Positions 36,908 through 57,472 of a stretch of 64,000 nt of DNA are shown here, piece by piece. This DNA comes from Candidatus Marinacidobacterales bacterium (lineage in GTDB: Bacteria > Acidobacteriota > Vicinamibacteria > Marinacidobacterales > DATDRI01), in assembly GCA_965219415.1 (NCBI GenBank), contig CBDCNP010000002.1, positions 1,632,001-1,696,000 of the forward strand, given 5' to 3'. Position 1 is the stretch's first letter. Every line of letters begins with the position of its first letter. The notes beneath the pieces are model-generated. The model worked only from the letters and a program-made list of their open reading frames with translations. It was not told where the DNA came from and made no database searches. The translations under genes and the position numbers were made by a program.

Positions 36908-37093
36908 CTACCAGCTGGACTTGATCACGCCGGGGATCTGTCCTTCCAAGGCGAGCTTCCGGAAGCAAAGTCGACACATTGCGAACTTGCGTAGATAAGC
37001 ACGCGGCCTCCCGCAGATACGGCAACGGCTATGACGCCGCACCTCGAACTTGGGAGTCCGTCGCATCTTAGCTATGGATGATTTCTTCGCCAC
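36908..37093 (-). CDS. rpsN: 30S ribosomal protein S14 type Z
   Basis: RCRICGR...CRLCFR...SSW. Confidence 0.97.
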   Translation of the reverse strand: MAKKSSIAKMRRTPKFEVRRHSRCRICGRPRAYLRKFAMCRLCFRKLALEGQIPGVIKSSW

Positions 37094-37108
37094 GCTCAAT
37101 TCCCCCGA

Positions 37109-37654
37109 TTACGTTGGTCGCCGAAACGGCATGCCCAGAAGCTCCAGCAGCCTGCGGGCACTTTGATCATCTCCGGCACTAGTACAAAAAGTCACATTCA
37201 TTCCCCGGGCTTGATCCACATGGGAGTAATCGATTTCCGGAAAGATCAATTGATCCTTCAGCCCCAGCGTAAAATTGCCACGGCCGTCGAAAGACCGAAC
37301 CGGCACGCCCCGGAAGTCGCGCACCCTAGGAAGGGCGATATTGAAAAGCCGATCCATGAACTCGTACATTCGGTGACCGCGAAGCGTCACACTGGTCCCC
37401 ACCGGGTTACCGGCGCGAATCTTGAAAGACGCGATCGATTTCTTGGCTCGCCTCATCTCGGGCTTTTGGCCGGTGATGCGACCCAGCTCGTCCATGGCGG
37501 CTTCGAGCAGCTTGATGTTCTGGGATCCCTCTCCGACGCCCATATTAACGACGACTTTTTCCATGCGCGGGATGGCCATGACGTTGTCGATCGCGAGTTC
37601 CTTTTTTAGCTGGGAGACCACCGATTGCCGGTAGTACTCTTGAAGGCGGCTCAT
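37109..37654 (-). CDS. rplE: 50S ribosomal protein L5
   Basis: LPRVRDFRG and FDGRGN motifs. Confidence 0.98.
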   Translation of the reverse strand: MSRLQEYYRQSVVSQLKKELAIDNVMAIPRMEKVVVNMGVGEGSQNIKLLEAAMDELGRITGQKPEMRRAKKSIASFKIRAGNPVGTSVTLRGHRMYEFMDRLFNIALPRVRDFRGVPVRSFDGRGNFTLGLKDQLIFPEIDYSHVDQARGMNVTFCTSAGDDQSARRLLELLGMPFRRPT

Positions 37655-37980
37655 TTGTCTATCACCCCTTCGCACTGGTGGCAGACTCGCACCTTACGTC
37701 CATCGTTGAGGCGACGGTGACGAAGCCGGGTTGGCCGATCGCACTCACTGCACACGATCATCAGATTGCTCACGTCGATGGAGGCCTCCCGCTCCACCAA
37801 ACCGCCCTTGATGTTTTGCTGGGGATTAGGACGGGTATGGCGCTTGATCATGTTGATGCGCTCGACGATCGCGCGATTCCTGGTGGGGAAGATTCTGAGA
37901 ACCTTGCCTCTTTTCCCCCGGTCCCGGCCCGCGATCACCACGACCTGATCATTCTTCCTAACACGAAGTCCGACTGACAC
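37651..37980 (-). CDS. rplX: 50S ribosomal protein L24
   Basis: KOW motif [11 protein letters not shown]. Confidence 0.97.
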   Translation of the reverse strand: MSVGLRVRKNDQVVVIAGRDRGKRGKVLRIFPTRNRAIVERINMIKRHTRPNPQQNIKGGLVEREASIDVSNLMIVCSECDRPTRLRHRRLNDGRKVRVCHQCEGVIDK

Positions 37981-37982
37981 GA

Positions 37983-38351
37983 TTACAAAACCTCTGGCGC
38001 CAACGAAATGATTTTCATGAATTTCTTTTCTCTGAGCTCACGCGCCACCGGTCCGAAGACACGCGTTCCAATTGGCTCTCCCTGATCGTTGATCAAGACC
38101 GCTGCGTTCTTGTCGAAACGAATGTAGGAGCCGTCCCGGCGGCGATGTTCCTTGCGAGTTCTGACGATGACCGCCTTGACCACCGAACCCTTTTTGACGG
38201 CACTCTCTGGCGTCGCTTCCTTGACCGAAGCGGTAATAACGTCACCCAAACGAGCGACCCTTCCCACACCCCCTCCCAGAGGGAGGATGCAAGCGATCCG
38301 TTTGGCCCCCGAGTTATCGGCAACCTCGAGGACGGTTTGCATCTGAATCAT
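37983..38351 (-). CDS. rplN: 50S ribosomal protein L14
   Basis: VADNSGAK and [12 protein letters not shown] motifs. Confidence 0.98.
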   Translation of the reverse strand: MIQMQTVLEVADNSGAKRIACILPLGGGVGRVARLGDVITASVKEATPESAVKKGSVVKAVIVRTRKEHRRRDGSYIRFDKNAAVLINDQGEPIGTRVFGPVARELREKKFMKIISLAPEVL

Positions 38352-38417
38352 AACTAGGCTCGACTATCCCTTCGTCTACTTGGCGTCTACTTGGCGATTA
38401 CTCGGCTACTACCCTGG

Positions 38418-38714
38418 CTACCCCTTGGTCGAAGCTTTTTCGGTGCCCGTTGCCACGGGCTCTTCATAGACCGCGGAGCTCCTGATGACTTCGGTCACTC
38501 TCCAATGCTTTCGCTTGGAAAGAGGATGGCTCTCCACGATGCGAACGCGGTCACCGACGCGACAGCGGTTTCCCTCATCGTGCGCCATGAAGGTAGAGGT
38601 CTTCTTGAAGGCTCGTTTGTACAGATGGTGCTGAACCAGTCGTTCCACCGCCACTACGACGCTCTTGTCCATTTTGTTGCTAGTCACCACACCGACTTTG
38701 CTTAACTTGGGCAT
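38418..38714 (-). CDS. rpsQ: 30S ribosomal protein S17
   Basis: G.V.SNKMDK, AHDE and PLSK.K.W motifs. Confidence 0.97.
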   Translation of the reverse strand: MPKLSKVGVVTSNKMDKSVVVAVERLVQHHLYKRAFKKTSTFMAHDEGNRCRVGDRVRIVESHPLSKRKHWRVTEVIRSSAVYEEPVATGTEKASTKG

Positions 38715-38751
38715 CCGGGCACTCTCTCTTGGCTATTCCTAGCTACCTAAC

Positions 38752-38964
38752 TCACTTGGACTCTTGACCTGGCTGATCGCGCTTCCGTTCCACCAGGAGC
38801 GTCTTGACGCGAGCCAGATCCTTGCGCAGGGCTCGCACCTTGCCGGTTTGATCCAGCTGGCCGGTCGCCTTTTGTATGCGCGCGCGAAAGATCTCCTCAC
38901 GGAGATCACCTTCCTTTGCCGTCAACTCCTCGTCACCGAGGTCACGAAACTTTTCCGGCTTCAC
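38752..38964 (-). CDS. rpmC: 50S ribosomal protein L29
   Basis: ATGQL and RKDLARVKT motifs; GTGA overlap with rplP. Confidence 0.95.
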   Translation of the reverse strand: MKPEKFRDLGDEELTAKEGDLREEIFRARIQKATGQLDQTGKVRALRKDLARVKTLLVERKRDQPGQESK

Positions 38965-39386
38965 CGTTGAGTCTTCTCCTCGAACCGGGCGGCGAACTTC
39001 GTACGGATGGGGAGCTTGTGACCGGCGAGTCTCATGGCTTCGCGTGCCACGTCCTCCGGGACCCCCTCCATTTCGTAAAGGATGCGTCCTGGTCGCACCA
39101 CCGCCACCCAAAACTCGGGGCTGCCTTTGCCCTTACCCATTCGAGTTTCCTGCGGCTTCTTGGTCACCGGCTTGTCCGGAAACACCCGAATCCAAATGCG
39201 ACCGCTACGCTTGATGAACCTGGTGATCGCCACCCGAGCGGCTTCGATCTGCCTATCCGTCAGCCAGCAAGGCTCGAGCGCCTTGAGCCCGTAGTCGCCG
39301 AACACGACGGTATGCCCCCGCCAGGCCTTGCCGCGCATGCGTCCCCGCTGCTGTTTGCGGAACTTAACTTTCTTTGGCATCAACAT
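38961..39386 (-). CDS. rplP: 50S ribosomal protein L16
   Basis: RMGKGKG and WIRVFPD motifs. Confidence 0.98.
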   Translation of the reverse strand: MLMPKKVKFRKQQRGRMRGKAWRGHTVVFGDYGLKALEPCWLTDRQIEAARVAITRFIKRSGRIWIRVFPDKPVTKKPQETRMGKGKGSPEFWVAVVRPGRILYEMEGVPEDVAREAMRLAGHKLPIRTKFAARFEEKTQR

Positions 39387-39411
39387 ACGGCAATTCTCCG
39401 TCTATTCAGCG

Positions 39412-40386
39412 TTACTCAGCAGGCTTGGTAGGCTCAGCAGGGGGCGCCGATTCGCTGGCAGGCTTGGCATCACTAGCCGGCTTGGCTTCACTGGCAGCCT
39501 TGGCATCACTAGCCGGCTTGGCTTCACTTACAGGCTTGGCTTCACTGGCAGACGCGACCGCTTCACTAACAGCAGGGGCCGCACCAGGCTCAGCCGGCGT
39601 AGGCGGTGCAGGCGGTTTAACCTTGACCGGTTCGGGCGTCGGGGCAGGTTTTGCAAGCTTGGCCTGAGCAGGCTTGGCAGGCTCGACGCCCCGCGTCGGC
39701 GCAGACGGTTCGCCCGAGCGAGCGCGCCGACCAGGAATCCCCTCACGGAAGGCAGGACCCAATGGGAACGCATCACCATTGTAGATCCAGCATTTGACTC
39801 CGATCTGCCCGTAGGTCGTAAAGGCCTCGGCGAATCCATAGTCGATGTCGGCGCGAAGCGTGTGAAGCGGCAACTGTCCGTTCAGGTACCACTCGGAGCG
39901 CGCAATTTCCGCACCGTTCAACCGTCCCGAGCATCGAACCTTGATGCCCCGGGCTCCGAAACGCATCGTCGAGTCGACCGCCTTTCGCATGGCGCGACGG
40001 AAGGCGATGCGCTTCACCAGCTGGAGTGCGATCGACTCCGCTACCAACTGTGCATCCAGCTCCGGCTTCGCCACCTCGATGATATTGATGTAGACCTCGC
40101 GCTGGGTTCTCGCCTGCACGTCGGTCTTCAATTTGTCTACCTCGGTCCCCTTACGACCGATGATGATCCCGGGTCGCGATGTGTGGACATTGATCTTGAG
40201 CTTGTTGGCGGCCCGCTCGATCTCCACGCGCGAAATGCCCGCGTGAGAGAACCGCTTCTTGAGATCCCGTTTGAGCTTCAGATCCTCGTGCAGCAACTTC
40301 CCGTAGTCCCGCTCTGCGTACCAACGCGAGCGCCAGGTCTTGTTATACCCGAGCCGGAATCCGTACGGATGAACCTTCTGTCCCAT
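39412..40386 (-). CDS. rpsC: 30S ribosomal protein S3 with ~115-aa Pro/Ala tail
   Basis: MGQKVHP.GFRLG and [11 protein letters not shown] motifs. Confidence 0.98.
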   Translation of the reverse strand: MGQKVHPYGFRLGYNKTWRSRWYAERDYGKLLHEDLKLKRDLKKRFSHAGISRVEIERAANKLKINVHTSRPGIIIGRKGTEVDKLKTDVQARTQREVYINIIEVAKPELDAQLVAESIALQLVKRIAFRRAMRKAVDSTMRFGARGIKVRCSGRLNGAEIARSEWYLNGQLPLHTLRADIDYGFAEAFTTYGQIGVKCWIYNGDAFPLGPAFREGIPGRRARSGEPSAPTRGVEPAKPAQAKLAKPAPTPEPVKVKPPAPPTPAEPGAAPAVSEAVASASEAKPVSEAKPASDAKAASEAKPASDAKPASESAPPAEPTKPAE

Positions 40387-40426
40387 TCAATTCCCCTTGG
40401 CTTGGCCTTCTCTTAGCTTGGCCTTG

Positions 40427-40816
40427 CTATGACGCTCCTTCGCCAGGCTGTCCCCCCAGAGCGCTTTCCTTGTCGGCCACCTGGATGGTCAGGTGAGTCG
40501 TCCGGTGGATGATGCGAAACGCCCTACCCATAGGTGCCGGCCGAATCCTCTTGAACGAGGGGCCCTGATTCGCATAGGCGGCGACAACCACCAGATCATC
40601 CTCGTCGATGCGCTTGGCCTCCTCGAGAGCTTGCTGTTGCGCGTTGGCAATCGCAGAGCGAAGAACCTTCTCCACCAGTCTACAAACCGCCTTATTGGTG
40701 TGTTGGAGAATGGCCAACGCGTCGACGGCTCGCTTACCGCGGATCAGATCGACCACCAACCCCGCCTTCTGAGGCGATCCCCTAACGAATCTGGCCGTCG
40801 CTCTAGCTTGAATCAT
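40427..40816 (-). CDS. rplV: 50S ribosomal protein L22
   Basis: SAIANA and RP...GRA..I..RT.H motifs. Confidence 0.97.
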   Translation of the reverse strand: MIQARATARFVRGSPQKAGLVVDLIRGKRAVDALAILQHTNKAVCRLVEKVLRSAIANAQQQALEEAKRIDEDDLVVVAAYANQGPSFKRIRPAPMGRAFRIIHRTTHLTIQVADKESALGGQPGEGAS

Positions 40817-40839
40817 CTCTAGTCTCTCTCGATCTCCCC

Positions 40840-41142
40840 TTAACTAGATTTAGCGGCTGCAGCTACCTGCGCCGCCTTCTCGGCCTTTGTCGTGTGACCG
40901 CGGAAGATTCTAGTGGGCGAGAACTCACCGAGCTTGTGGCCCACCATGTTCTCGGTGACGTAGACCGGGATAAACTTCCTCCCGTTGTGAACCGCAAGCG
41001 TGTGGCCGACCATCTCCGGAGTGACGGTCGAACGACGCGACCAGGTCTTGATGACCTTCTTCTCGCCCCGCTGGTTCATGTTGTCGATCTTCTTCATGAG
41101 GCTATCATCAACAAAAGCACCTTTTTTTAACGATCGAGTCAT
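40840..41142 (-). CDS. rpsS: 30S ribosomal protein S19
   Basis: KTWSRRS and MVGHKLGEF motifs. Confidence 0.98.
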   Translation of the reverse strand: MTRSLKKGAFVDDSLMKKIDNMNQRGEKKVIKTWSRRSTVTPEMVGHTLAVHNGRKFIPVYVTENMVGHKLGEFSPTRIFRGHTTKAEKAAQVAAAAKSS

Positions 41143-41163
41143 TACGCTTTTCCTAAACTAGAA

Positions 41164-41991
41164 TCACTTCTGACGACGGCGACGGATGATTAAACCGTCA
41201 GTACGTTTGTTGTTACGGGTCTTATAGCCCTTGGTCGGAACTCCCCAAGGAGTCGAGGGATGTCGGCCTCCCGCCGTCCGGCCTTCACCTCCGCCATGAG
41301 GATGGTCCACTGGATTCATGGTCACGCCGCGGTTATGTGGGCGTCGTCCCAGCCAACGCCTGCGACCCGCCTTGCCATAAGTAGTGTTCTCGTGATCTAG
41401 GTTACCCACCTGCCCAATCGTCGCCCGGCAGCTCCGACGAACCTTTCGGACCTCCCCCGAAGGCAGTTTCACATGCGCGTAAGCGCCTTCCTTCGCCACC
41501 AGCTGCACGCTGGCGCCGGCGCTGCGGGCCATTTGTCCACCTTTGCCCGGTTTGAGCTCCACGTTGTGGATGATCGTGCCCAGGGGAATGGATTCGATGG
41601 GCAAGCAATTGCCGGGGAGAATATCGGCGGTGCTACTCGAAACGACGGTCGCTCCGACTTCCAGTCCCGTAGGTTGCAAGATGTAGCGCTTTTCCCCGTC
41701 CGCATAATGTAAGCGCGCGATCCTCGCCGACCGGTTGGGATCGTACTCGATCGCCGCCACTTTTGCCGGTACTCCCTCTTTGTCCCGCTTGAAATCGATG
41801 ATCCGGTATCGACGCTTGTGACCACCACCGCGAAACCAGGACGTTATCCGCCCGTTGGAGCTGCGTCCACCGCTCCTCTTCTTGGACTCCGTCAAGGATT
41901 TGAGAGGTCGTTCGGTGGTCAGTTCGTCGAACGTTTGAACCGTGAGGAACCGCCGTCCCGGCGACGTAGGGCTGAATTTCTTCACTCCCAT
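41164..41991 (-). CDS. rplB: 50S ribosomal protein L2
   Basis: IEYDPNRSA and [13 protein letters not shown] motifs. Confidence 0.98.
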   Translation of the reverse strand: MGVKKFSPTSPGRRFLTVQTFDELTTERPLKSLTESKKRSGGRSSNGRITSWFRGGGHKRRYRIIDFKRDKEGVPAKVAAIEYDPNRSARIARLHYADGEKRYILQPTGLEVGATVVSSSTADILPGNCLPIESIPLGTIIHNVELKPGKGGQMARSAGASVQLVAKEGAYAHVKLPSGEVRKVRRSCRATIGQVGNLDHENTTYGKAGRRRWLGRRPHNRGVTMNPVDHPHGGGEGRTAGGRHPSTPWGVPTKGYKTRNNKRTDGLIIRRRRQK

Positions 41992-41997
41992 AGTTTC

Positions 41998-42288
41998 TTA
42001 GACCCCCTCGAAGAATTCGATCATTTTTTCTCCCTTACGGAGAGTGACGAAGGCTTTCTTCCAATCCGGCCGTTTTCCCTCGAATCGACCGTAGCGCTTC
42101 ATCTTGCCGCGCATCGAGACGGTGCGCACCGAGGACACCTTGACGCCGAACAACTGTTCCACCGCTAGGCGAATTTCGGACTTGGTGGCCGCGGTGGCGA
42201 CTTCGAAACAAAGCGTGCGTCCATCTTCTTTGAGCAGGGTCGTCTTTTCGGTAATGAGGGGCCCCCGAATGACGTCCATCACATTCAT
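41998..42288 (-). CDS. rplW: 50S ribosomal protein L23
   Basis: PLITEK and WKKA.VTL motifs. Confidence 0.97.
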   Translation of the reverse strand: MNVMDVIRGPLITEKTTLLKEDGRTLCFEVATAATKSEIRLAVEQLFGVKVSSVRTVSMRGKMKRYGRFEGKRPDWKKAFVTLRKGEKMIEFFEGV

Positions 42289-42911
42289 GAGCCGAGCCTC
42301 TGTTCGAGGTGCGTGGCCGCGTCCTCTGAGAGGAAAACATGTCGAGCCGCCAAAACCTCGTAGGTATGTAGGCCCGCCACCGACCGCACTTCCACCCCCG
42401 GCAGATTTCTGGCCGACAACAAGAGCTCGCGGTTCGGCTTGACATCAACCAGCAATATCCTCTTTGTGGCTCCGAGCTCGTCGAGCTGCTCACGTAGCCG
42501 TTTGGTGCTAGGTTTCTCGAGCTCGAACTCGCTGACTACCAGGACCGCTCCTTGGCTGGCCCGAAGCGAGAGGGCCGAGCGAAGCGCCCCCCTCTGAACC
42601 TTTCCCGACAGCTTGAACGAGTAACTCCGAGGCAGAGGACCGAAAACGATTCCACCGCCCCGCCAAATAGGCGTCCGGGTGCTGCCAACTCGCGCGCGGC
42701 CGGTACCTTTCTGCCTCCAAGGCTTCCTTCCGCCGCCCGAAACGAGCCCGCGAGTCTTGGTGGCGTGCGTACCGCGTCGCTGCCGGGCGCGAAAGTGTTT
42801 CACCGCCTCGTATAGAAGATGACGGTTTGGCTTGACCCCAAAAACGGCGTCACTCAAAACCCGCTCGCCGCGGTTCTTGCCTGCGATGTCTACCAACGGG
42901 ACGCTTGGCAT
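42285..42911 (-). CDS. rplD: 50S ribosomal protein L4
   Basis: KPWRQKGTGRAR motif. Confidence 0.98.
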   Translation of the reverse strand: MPSVPLVDIAGKNRGERVLSDAVFGVKPNRHLLYEAVKHFRARQRRGTHATKTRGLVSGGGRKPWRQKGTGRARVGSTRTPIWRGGGIVFGPLPRSYSFKLSGKVQRGALRSALSLRASQGAVLVVSEFELEKPSTKRLREQLDELGATKRILLVDVKPNRELLLSARNLPGVEVRSVAGLHTYEVLAARHVFLSEDAATHLEQRLGS

Positions 42912-42916
42912 AGGAG

Positions 42917-43543
42917 TTAGCCTGCCTTGACGATCTCGAGGTAAGTGCCGTTGGCTCCGGGCACCGCTCCCCTGATCAGGAGCAAATTGTCTTCCTCACT
43001 GACTTCCACCACCTGAAGGTTTTTCATCGTGACTCGCTCGTGTCCCATGTGTCCGGGAGCTCTCATTCCCCGCATCACCTTGGACGGATAGGACGATTGG
43101 CCGATGGAGCCGGGGGCGCGGTGGAACATCGAGCCGTGCGTGGCACGACCTCCGCCAAAGTGGTGCCGCTTCATCACGCCGGCGAACCCTTTGCCCTTGC
43201 TCACCCCGCTGACGTTCACCCTTTCCGCAGAAGCGAAAATCGTGGCCTTAACCGATTCCCCCACCTTCAACTCTTCCTCCGGTCCGACCCGAAACTCGCG
43301 CAGCACCTTCATCGGCGCGGTCGACGCCTTCTTGAAGTGCCCCTCCATTGGCTTGTTCACACGAACCTTTCGATCCGGCTCCACTAGACCAAGCTGAATG
43401 GCGTCATAACCGTCTCGCTCCTTGGTCTTCCGTTGCACGACGACACAGGGGCCGGCTTGCACCACGGTGAGCGGGATCACCGAGCCGTCCTCAGCGAAAC
43501 GCTGAGTGATGCCGATCTTCTTGCCGAGGATTCCGTTTGGCAT
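42917..43543 (-). CDS. rplC: 50S ribosomal protein L3
   Basis: [12 protein letters not shown] and GAVPG motifs. Confidence 0.98.
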   Translation of the reverse strand: MPNGILGKKIGITQRFAEDGSVIPLTVVQAGPCVVVQRKTKERDGYDAIQLGLVEPDRKVRVNKPMEGHFKKASTAPMKVLREFRVGPEEELKVGESVKATIFASAERVNVSGVSKGKGFAGVMKRHHFGGGRATHGSMFHRAPGSIGQSSYPSKVMRGMRAPGHMGHERVTMKNLQVVEVSEEDNLLLIRGAVPGANGTYLEIVKAG

Positions 43544-43594
43544 AGCTGCTCTTTCCTGTCTTTCCTGTCAGGCCTGTCAGGGAGTCGGGCGAAA

Positions 43595-43930
43595 CTACTT
43601 GGAATGCTCCTTCCCGAAAGCCTTGATTTCCACATCCACGCCGGCCGGGAGGTCGAGGCGCATGAGTGCGTCTACGGTCTGTGGCGTGGGCTCGAAGATG
43701 TCTAGCAACCGCTTGTGGGTGCGAACCTCGAACTGCTCACGCGATTTCTTGTCGACGTGCGGCGAGCGAAGAACGGTCCACTTGTTCTTTACCGTAGGCA
43801 ACGGAATCGGCCCTGCGATCCGTGCTCCGGTGCGCTTCGCCGTCTCTACGATCTCATGCGTGGACTGGTCGAGGATACGATAGTCGTAGGCCTTGAGCCG
43901 AATTCGGATTTTCTCGCTTATTACTGCCAT
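43595..43930 (-). CDS. rpsJ: 30S ribosomal protein S10
   Basis: IRIRLKAYD and [13 protein letters not shown] motifs. Confidence 0.98.
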   Translation of the reverse strand: MAVISEKIRIRLKAYDYRILDQSTHEIVETAKRTGARIAGPIPLPTVKNKWTVLRSPHVDKKSREQFEVRTHKRLLDIFEPTPQTVDALMRLDLPAGVDVEIKAFGKEHSK

Positions 43931-43977
43931 AGTTTTGCTACCCCGATTTCTGAGCGCTAGCCTCTAGTCTCTAGTCT

Positions 43978-45177
43978 TTACTCGATGATATCGGTGATGG
44001 TGCCGGCACCCACCGTACGACCGCCTTCGCGAATCGCGAGTCGCAGCCCCTTCTCCATCGCGATGGGCGTGATCATCTCGATCGTCAAATTCGTGTTGTC
44101 ACCCGGCATGACCATCTCCACTCCACTCGACATCGTCGCCACTCCCGTCACGTCCGTCGTACGAAAATAAAACTGCGGACGATATCCAGTGAAAAACGGC
44201 GTGTGACGTCCTCCCTCTTCTTTCGTCAGGACGTAGACTTCACCCTTGAACTTCGTGTGCGGCGTGATCGAACCCGGCTTCGCAAGCACCATGCCTCGCT
44301 CCACTTCGTCTTTCTCCGTCCCGCGAAGCAATACTCCGATGTTGTCTCCCGCCATTCCTTCGTCCAGGAGCTTCTTGAACATCTCCACTCCAGTCACTAT
44401 CCGCTTTCGCGTCTCCTGGATTCCAACGATCTCAAGCTCTTCACTCACCTTCACCTTGCCGCGGTCCACACGACCCGTCACTACCGTCCCACGACCAGAA
44501 ATAGAGAACACATCCTCGATCGGCATCAGGAACGGCTTGTCGATGTCTCGCTCCGGTAGCGGAACATACTCATCGAGAGCCGCCATCAAGTCCATAATCG
44601 CCTTGCTCTCTTCCGCCTTCGGATCGCCGCTTCCCTCCAACGCCTTCAGTGCACTTCCACGCACGATTGGGATGTCGTCGCCAGGAAACTCGTACTGCGA
44701 CAATAACTCCCGCACCTCAAGCTCCACCAAGTCCAATAGCTCTGGATCGTCCACCGCATCCGTCTTGTTCAAAAACACCACGATGTACGGCACTCCAACC
44801 TGACGCGCCAACAAAATGTGCTCGCGAGTCTGCGGCATCGGTCCGTCCGCCGCCGAAACCACCAGGATCGCTCCATCCATCTGCGCCGCTCCCGTTATCA
44901 TGTTCTTCACATAATCCGCGTGACCCGGGCAGTCTACGTGCGCGTAGTGACGGTTATCCGTCGTGTACTCAACGTGCGCCGTCGCGATCGTGATCCCTCG
45001 CTCTCGCTCCTCTGGTGCGTTGTCGATCGAGTCGAAGCTCCGGAACGACACCTTGTCGTCCATGCTGTGCAGGATCTTCGTTATCGCCGCCGTCAACGTC
45101 GTCTTCCCGTGGTCCACGTGTCCTATCGTGCCAACGTTTACATGCGGCTTACTTCGATCAAATTTCTCCTTCGCCAT
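43978..45177 (-). CDS. tuf: Elongation factor Tu (str-operon copy)
   Basis: GHVDHGKTT and [11 protein letters not shown] motifs. Confidence 0.99.
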   Translation of the reverse strand: MAKEKFDRSKPHVNVGTIGHVDHGKTTLTAAITKILHSMDDKVSFRSFDSIDNAPEERERGITIATAHVEYTTDNRHYAHVDCPGHADYVKNMITGAAQMDGAILVVSAADGPMPQTREHILLARQVGVPYIVVFLNKTDAVDDPELLDLVELEVRELLSQYEFPGDDIPIVRGSALKALEGSGDPKAEESKAIMDLMAALDEYVPLPERDIDKPFLMPIEDVFSISGRGTVVTGRVDRGKVKVSEELEIVGIQETRKRIVTGVEMFKKLLDEGMAGDNIGVLLRGTEKDEVERGMVLAKPGSITPHTKFKGEVYVLTKEEGGRHTPFFTGYRPQFYFRTTDVTGVATMSSGVEMVMPGDNTNLTIEMITPIAMEKGLRLAIREGGRTVGAGTITDIIE

Positions 45178-45243
45178 GACGACGCAAATCGCTCCTTACT
45201 TGGCCTTCTTAGTCATCCTTTAACGCGGATTGGGCTGGGGCAC

Positions 45244-47322
45244 CTAACGCCCTTGCACCTTGGCCACAACTTCCTCGCCCACTTGCTTGGGCGCTTCCTG
45301 ATACTCTGCGAAGTGCATCGTGTAGGTGGCCCGTCCTTGGGTAGCGGAGCGAAGATCGGTGGCGTAGCCAAACATTTCCGCTAGGGGTACGTTGGCACCG
45401 ATGATCTGCGTATTGCCCCGAGCGGTCATGCCGGTCACGCGACCGCGGCGGGAATTGAGATCGTTGATGACCTCGCCCATATAATCCTCCGGGACCACGA
45501 CTTCGACCTGCATGATTGGCTCGAGAAGGACCGGAGCGGCAGCACGCGCCGCCTCCTTGAAAGCCATGGAGCCAGCTATCTTGAACGCCATCTCCGAGCT
45601 ATCCACCTCGTGGTAGGAACCGTCGTAGAGGCTCACTTTGACATCCACCATCGGATAGCCGGCGAGGATGCCATGCTCCATCGCTTCCACGATCCCTGTC
45701 TGGATCGACGAGATGTACTCGCGCGAAATGGAGCCCCCGCGAATATCGTTGGAGAACTCGAACTTCTCACCCGGAAACGGTTCGATCTCGATCTTGACGT
45801 GGCCGAACTGGCCACGGCCTCCCGTCTGCCGGATATAGCGGCCTTCCGCTTTGGCGTTCTTACGAATCGTCTCTTTATAAGCGACCTGCGGCTTGCCGAC
45901 GTTGGCCGCCACGTTGAATTCGCGGAGCAGACGGTCGACGACGATCTCGAGATGAAGCTCGCCCATACCACTAATGATGGTTTGGCTTGTCTCCGGATCA
46001 TTGAAAACCTTGAAGGTCGGATCCTCCTGTGTGAGCTTGCCCAAAGCCAGTCCTAGCTTTTCCTGATCGACCTTGGTCTTGGGCTCGATGACCACCGAGA
46101 TAACCGGCTCGGGAAACTCCATCGACTCCAGTACGACGGGATTGTTCTGGTCGCAGATCGTGTCGCCGGTTTGGACATTTTTCAGGCCGACCGCAGCGGC
46201 AATGTCACCCGCATAGACTTCCTTTATGTCCTCACGCTTGTTCGCGTGCATCTTGAGGAGTCGCCCTATGCGCTCACGGTTATCGCGCGTCGCATTGAGG
46301 ACATAGGAGCCACTTTTCAGAACTCCTGAGTACACGCGGAAAAAAGCCAACTGCCCGACGAAGGGGTCGGTGAGAATCTTGAACACCAAACCAGAGAAAG
46401 GGGCCTCGTCACTAGACGCCCTCTCCACTTCCTCGTCCTTTCCCGGATCCATGCCTATGATCGGCGGTACATCGACGGGGGAGGGGAGGAGGTCAATGAC
46501 CGCGTCCAGCAGCGGCTGAATGCCCTTGTTCTTGAAGGCGGAGCCGCACAAAACCGGCACGATCTCGAGACCGATGGTACCCTTGCGCAGGGCGGCCCGG
46601 ATCTCATCCTCGGAGGCGGTCTTTCCCTCGATGTAGCGTTCCATTAGTTGGTCGTCGATTTCGCTCACTGCCTCGATAAGCTTGTCCCGCGCGGCCTTGG
46701 CGGCCTCAATCTGATCCTCCGGTATCTCTTCCACGGTGTACTCTGCACCGAGTGTCTCGTCGCGATACCGCACAGCCTTCATGCTGATGAGGTCGATGAC
46801 CCCCACGAAGTTCTCTTCGGTCCCGATGGGTAGCTGGATTGGAACCGCGTTGGCCGCCAGCCGCGTCCTCATCATCTCGACCGCCCGCTCGAAGTCAGCC
46901 CCCGTACGGTCCATCTTGTTAACGAGTGCAATGCGCGGTACCTGGTACCGATCCGCCTGCCGCCAGACCGTCTCCGACTGGGGCTCGACCCCACCTACGG
47001 CACAGAAAACAGCGATCGCCCCGTCCAGCACCCTCAAGGACCGCTCCACCTCTGCGGTGAAGTCGACGTGGCCGGGGGTATCGATAATGTTGATCCGGTA
47101 GTCTCGCCAGAAGCTGGTGGTAGCAGCCGAGGTAATAGTGATACCCCTTTCCTGCTCCTGCTCCATCCAGTCCATGGTGGCCGTACCCTCGTGCACTTCA
47201 CCGAGCTTGTGCGTAATGCCGGTGTAGTACAGGACGCGCTCAGTGGTAGTCGTCTTCCCGGCATCGATGTGCGCCATGATGCCGATGTTGCGCGTCTTGG
47301 TTAAGGGAACTTCTCCAGGCAT
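45244..47322 (-). CDS. fusA: Elongation factor G (canonical)
   Basis: [14 protein letters not shown] and NKMD motifs. Confidence 0.99.
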   Translation of the reverse strand: MPGEVPLTKTRNIGIMAHIDAGKTTTTERVLYYTGITHKLGEVHEGTATMDWMEQEQERGITITSAATTSFWRDYRINIIDTPGHVDFTAEVERSLRVLDGAIAVFCAVGGVEPQSETVWRQADRYQVPRIALVNKMDRTGADFERAVEMMRTRLAANAVPIQLPIGTEENFVGVIDLISMKAVRYRDETLGAEYTVEEIPEDQIEAAKAARDKLIEAVSEIDDQLMERYIEGKTASEDEIRAALRKGTIGLEIVPVLCGSAFKNKGIQPLLDAVIDLLPSPVDVPPIIGMDPGKDEEVERASSDEAPFSGLVFKILTDPFVGQLAFFRVYSGVLKSGSYVLNATRDNRERIGRLLKMHANKREDIKEVYAGDIAAAVGLKNVQTGDTICDQNNPVVLESMEFPEPVISVVIEPKTKVDQEKLGLALGKLTQEDPTFKVFNDPETSQTIISGMGELHLEIVVDRLLREFNVAANVGKPQVAYKETIRKNAKAEGRYIRQTGGRGQFGHVKIEIEPFPGEKFEFSNDIRGGSISREYISSIQTGIVEAMEHGILAGYPMVDVKVSLYDGSYHEVDSSEMAFKIAGSMAFKEAARAAAPVLLEPIMQVEVVVPEDYMGEVINDLNSRRGRVTGMTARGNTQIIGANVPLAEMFGYATDLRSATQGRATYTMHFAEYQEAPKQVGEEVVAKVQGR

Positions 47323-47436
47323 AGGACACTACTTCTCTAGAATCGGATATCCCGTTTCTGGCCTCAAAAGCCCGTTCGCCGCCCGGATTCGGGAGGTCCC
47401 GACGACACCGAGCTCTAAATGTTTCCGGTCCGCTGG

Positions 47437-47907
47437 CTACCAGCGGTAGTGAGCAAAGGCCTTGTTAGCCTCTGCCATCCGGTGGGTGTCTTCTCTTTTC
47501 TTAACTGCGCCGCCTCGATTATTGGCGGCGTCAAGCAACTCGCCAGCCAACTTCTCGATCATCGTCTTGTCCGGCCGGTTGCGCGCGTGATTCACGAGCC
47601 AGCGCAGGGAAAGCGACGTCCGCCGCTCGATTCTCACCTCCACGGGGACCTGGTAGTTGCTCCCTCCCACGCGGCGGCTCTTTACTTCGAGCGCAGGCCT
47701 CACGTTATCGACCGCCTTCTTGAAGAGCTTGAGCGGATCGTCTTGCCCGCGCTCACGCATCTTGTCGAATGCGCGATAAACAATCGTCTCGGCGGTGCTC
47801 TTCTTGCCCTCCTTCATCACGACATTGATGAACTTCGAGACAAGCACACTGTTGTAGAGTGCATCCGCGTTGACTTCAGGCTTCGGTACTTCTCTTCGCC
47901 TAGGCAT
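47437..47907 (-). CDS. rpsG: 30S ribosomal protein S7
   Basis: [15 protein letters not shown] motif. Confidence 0.98.
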   Translation of the reverse strand: MPRRREVPKPEVNADALYNSVLVSKFINVVMKEGKKSTAETIVYRAFDKMRERGQDDPLKLFKKAVDNVRPALEVKSRRVGGSNYQVPVEVRIERRTSLSLRWLVNHARNRPDKTMIEKLAGELLDAANNRGGAVKKREDTHRMAEANKAFAHYRW

Positions 47908-47948
47908 TGGCCGAAACTCTCAATACTTTCTTAGCCGACTTAGCCGGC

Positions 47949-48323
47949 TTACGCTTTGGGCCGTTTGGCACCGTATTTTGAACGACCGTTCTTCCTACCC
48001 TGAACGCCAACTGCGTCCAGTGCGCCACGCACAACGTGGTAGCGAACTCCGGGGAGATCCTTCACGCGGCCGCCGCGAATCAAGACGATCGAGTGCTCCT
48101 GAAGGTTATGCCCGATCCCGGGAATGTACGTCGTCACTTCGATTCCGTTCGTTAGTCGCACCCTCGCTACCTTCCGAAGGGCCGAGTTCGGCTTCTTGGG
48201 AGTCGAGATAAAAACGCGGACACACACTCCGCGCTTTTGCGGACTACCCTGAAGTGCCGGGCTGTCGGTCTTCGAGCTCAGCTTCTTACGGCCCTTACGG
48301 ACCAGCTGACTGATTGTTGGCAA
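47949..48323 (-). CDS. rpsL: 30S ribosomal protein S12
   Basis: [10 protein letters not shown] and [10 protein letters not shown] motifs; TTG start. Confidence 0.98.
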   Translation of the reverse strand: MPTISQLVRKGRKKLSSKTDSPALQGSPQKRGVCVRVFISTPKKPNSALRKVARVRLTNGIEVTTYIPGIGHNLQEHSIVLIRGGRVKDLPGVRYHVVRGALDAVGVQGRKNGRSKYGAKRPKA

Positions 48324-48424
48324 AGGTTTCTACTCCTCAAATACTCGGCAAATCCCCTTAACTTATTGAGCCCCCGTGAGATAGCAATGCAGGGCCGGTG
48401 GCCCTGCAAGAGCACAACCTGACG

Positions 48425-48453
48425 AGTCTAGCAGGGCCGTCAATCGCTGTCAA
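48425..48453 (-). promoter_or_regulatory. str operon promoter
   Basis: TTGACA-17-TAGACT with extended TG. Confidence 0.8.
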
Positions 48454-48561
48454 GGGTTCTTCCACAACAAGTTACGTCCGATCCAGGTCGATTCCCCGCG
48501 TCTGGAGCGGCTTTCTATGGTTCTCGTCATCGGATGTACTAGTGCACGCTCACTCTTCGTT

Positions 48562-48630
48562 CCCGCCTTCGCGCAAGGCTTCGGCGGGTCCACCGAAGTT
48601 TCTCGACGGTTCCCTTCCAACGAAGGCGGA
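48562..48630. repeat. Family B cruciform element
   Basis: CCCGCCTTCGC-gcaag-GCTTCGGCGG..CCACCGAAGTT...AACGAAGGCGGA. Confidence 0.75.
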
Positions 48631-48882
48631 CGCGCGCTCGCCTCGCTCCTGCATCAGCGGCCGCGGGGCCCCACCGCCGCCCGGCTAGCTCCAGATCGGC
48701 TACCACCTACTTTGGCGGCAAACGCGAACTGAGTGCCCGCCTGGCGGTGTCGATTAGTAGCACCGACCTCTTTTGGCGGCCGACACGATCTGCCAACCAC
48801 CGCCGTCCCTTCGCCGGCAGCAAGCGGCCTCGGGACAGCTGATGGCTCCTCGCGCTGGTGCCGTGCGTTCCTGAGCACCCTG

Positions 48883-53097
<4,215 letters not shown>

Positions 53098-53176
53098 GAG
53101 TTTATCCTCCCGTCCTGTCTTTCATACATCGTATACAGGGCATTCATGGCATTGCGTGGCATTACCTGGTGGACCA

Positions 53177-57472
<4,296 letters not shown>

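Noticed and set aside
38352-38420. TAG reassignment or pyrrolysine read-through
   Set aside because: TAG ends rpsD, rpmJ, infA, rpsG and tuf exactly at their conserved C-termini, so it is a normal stop.
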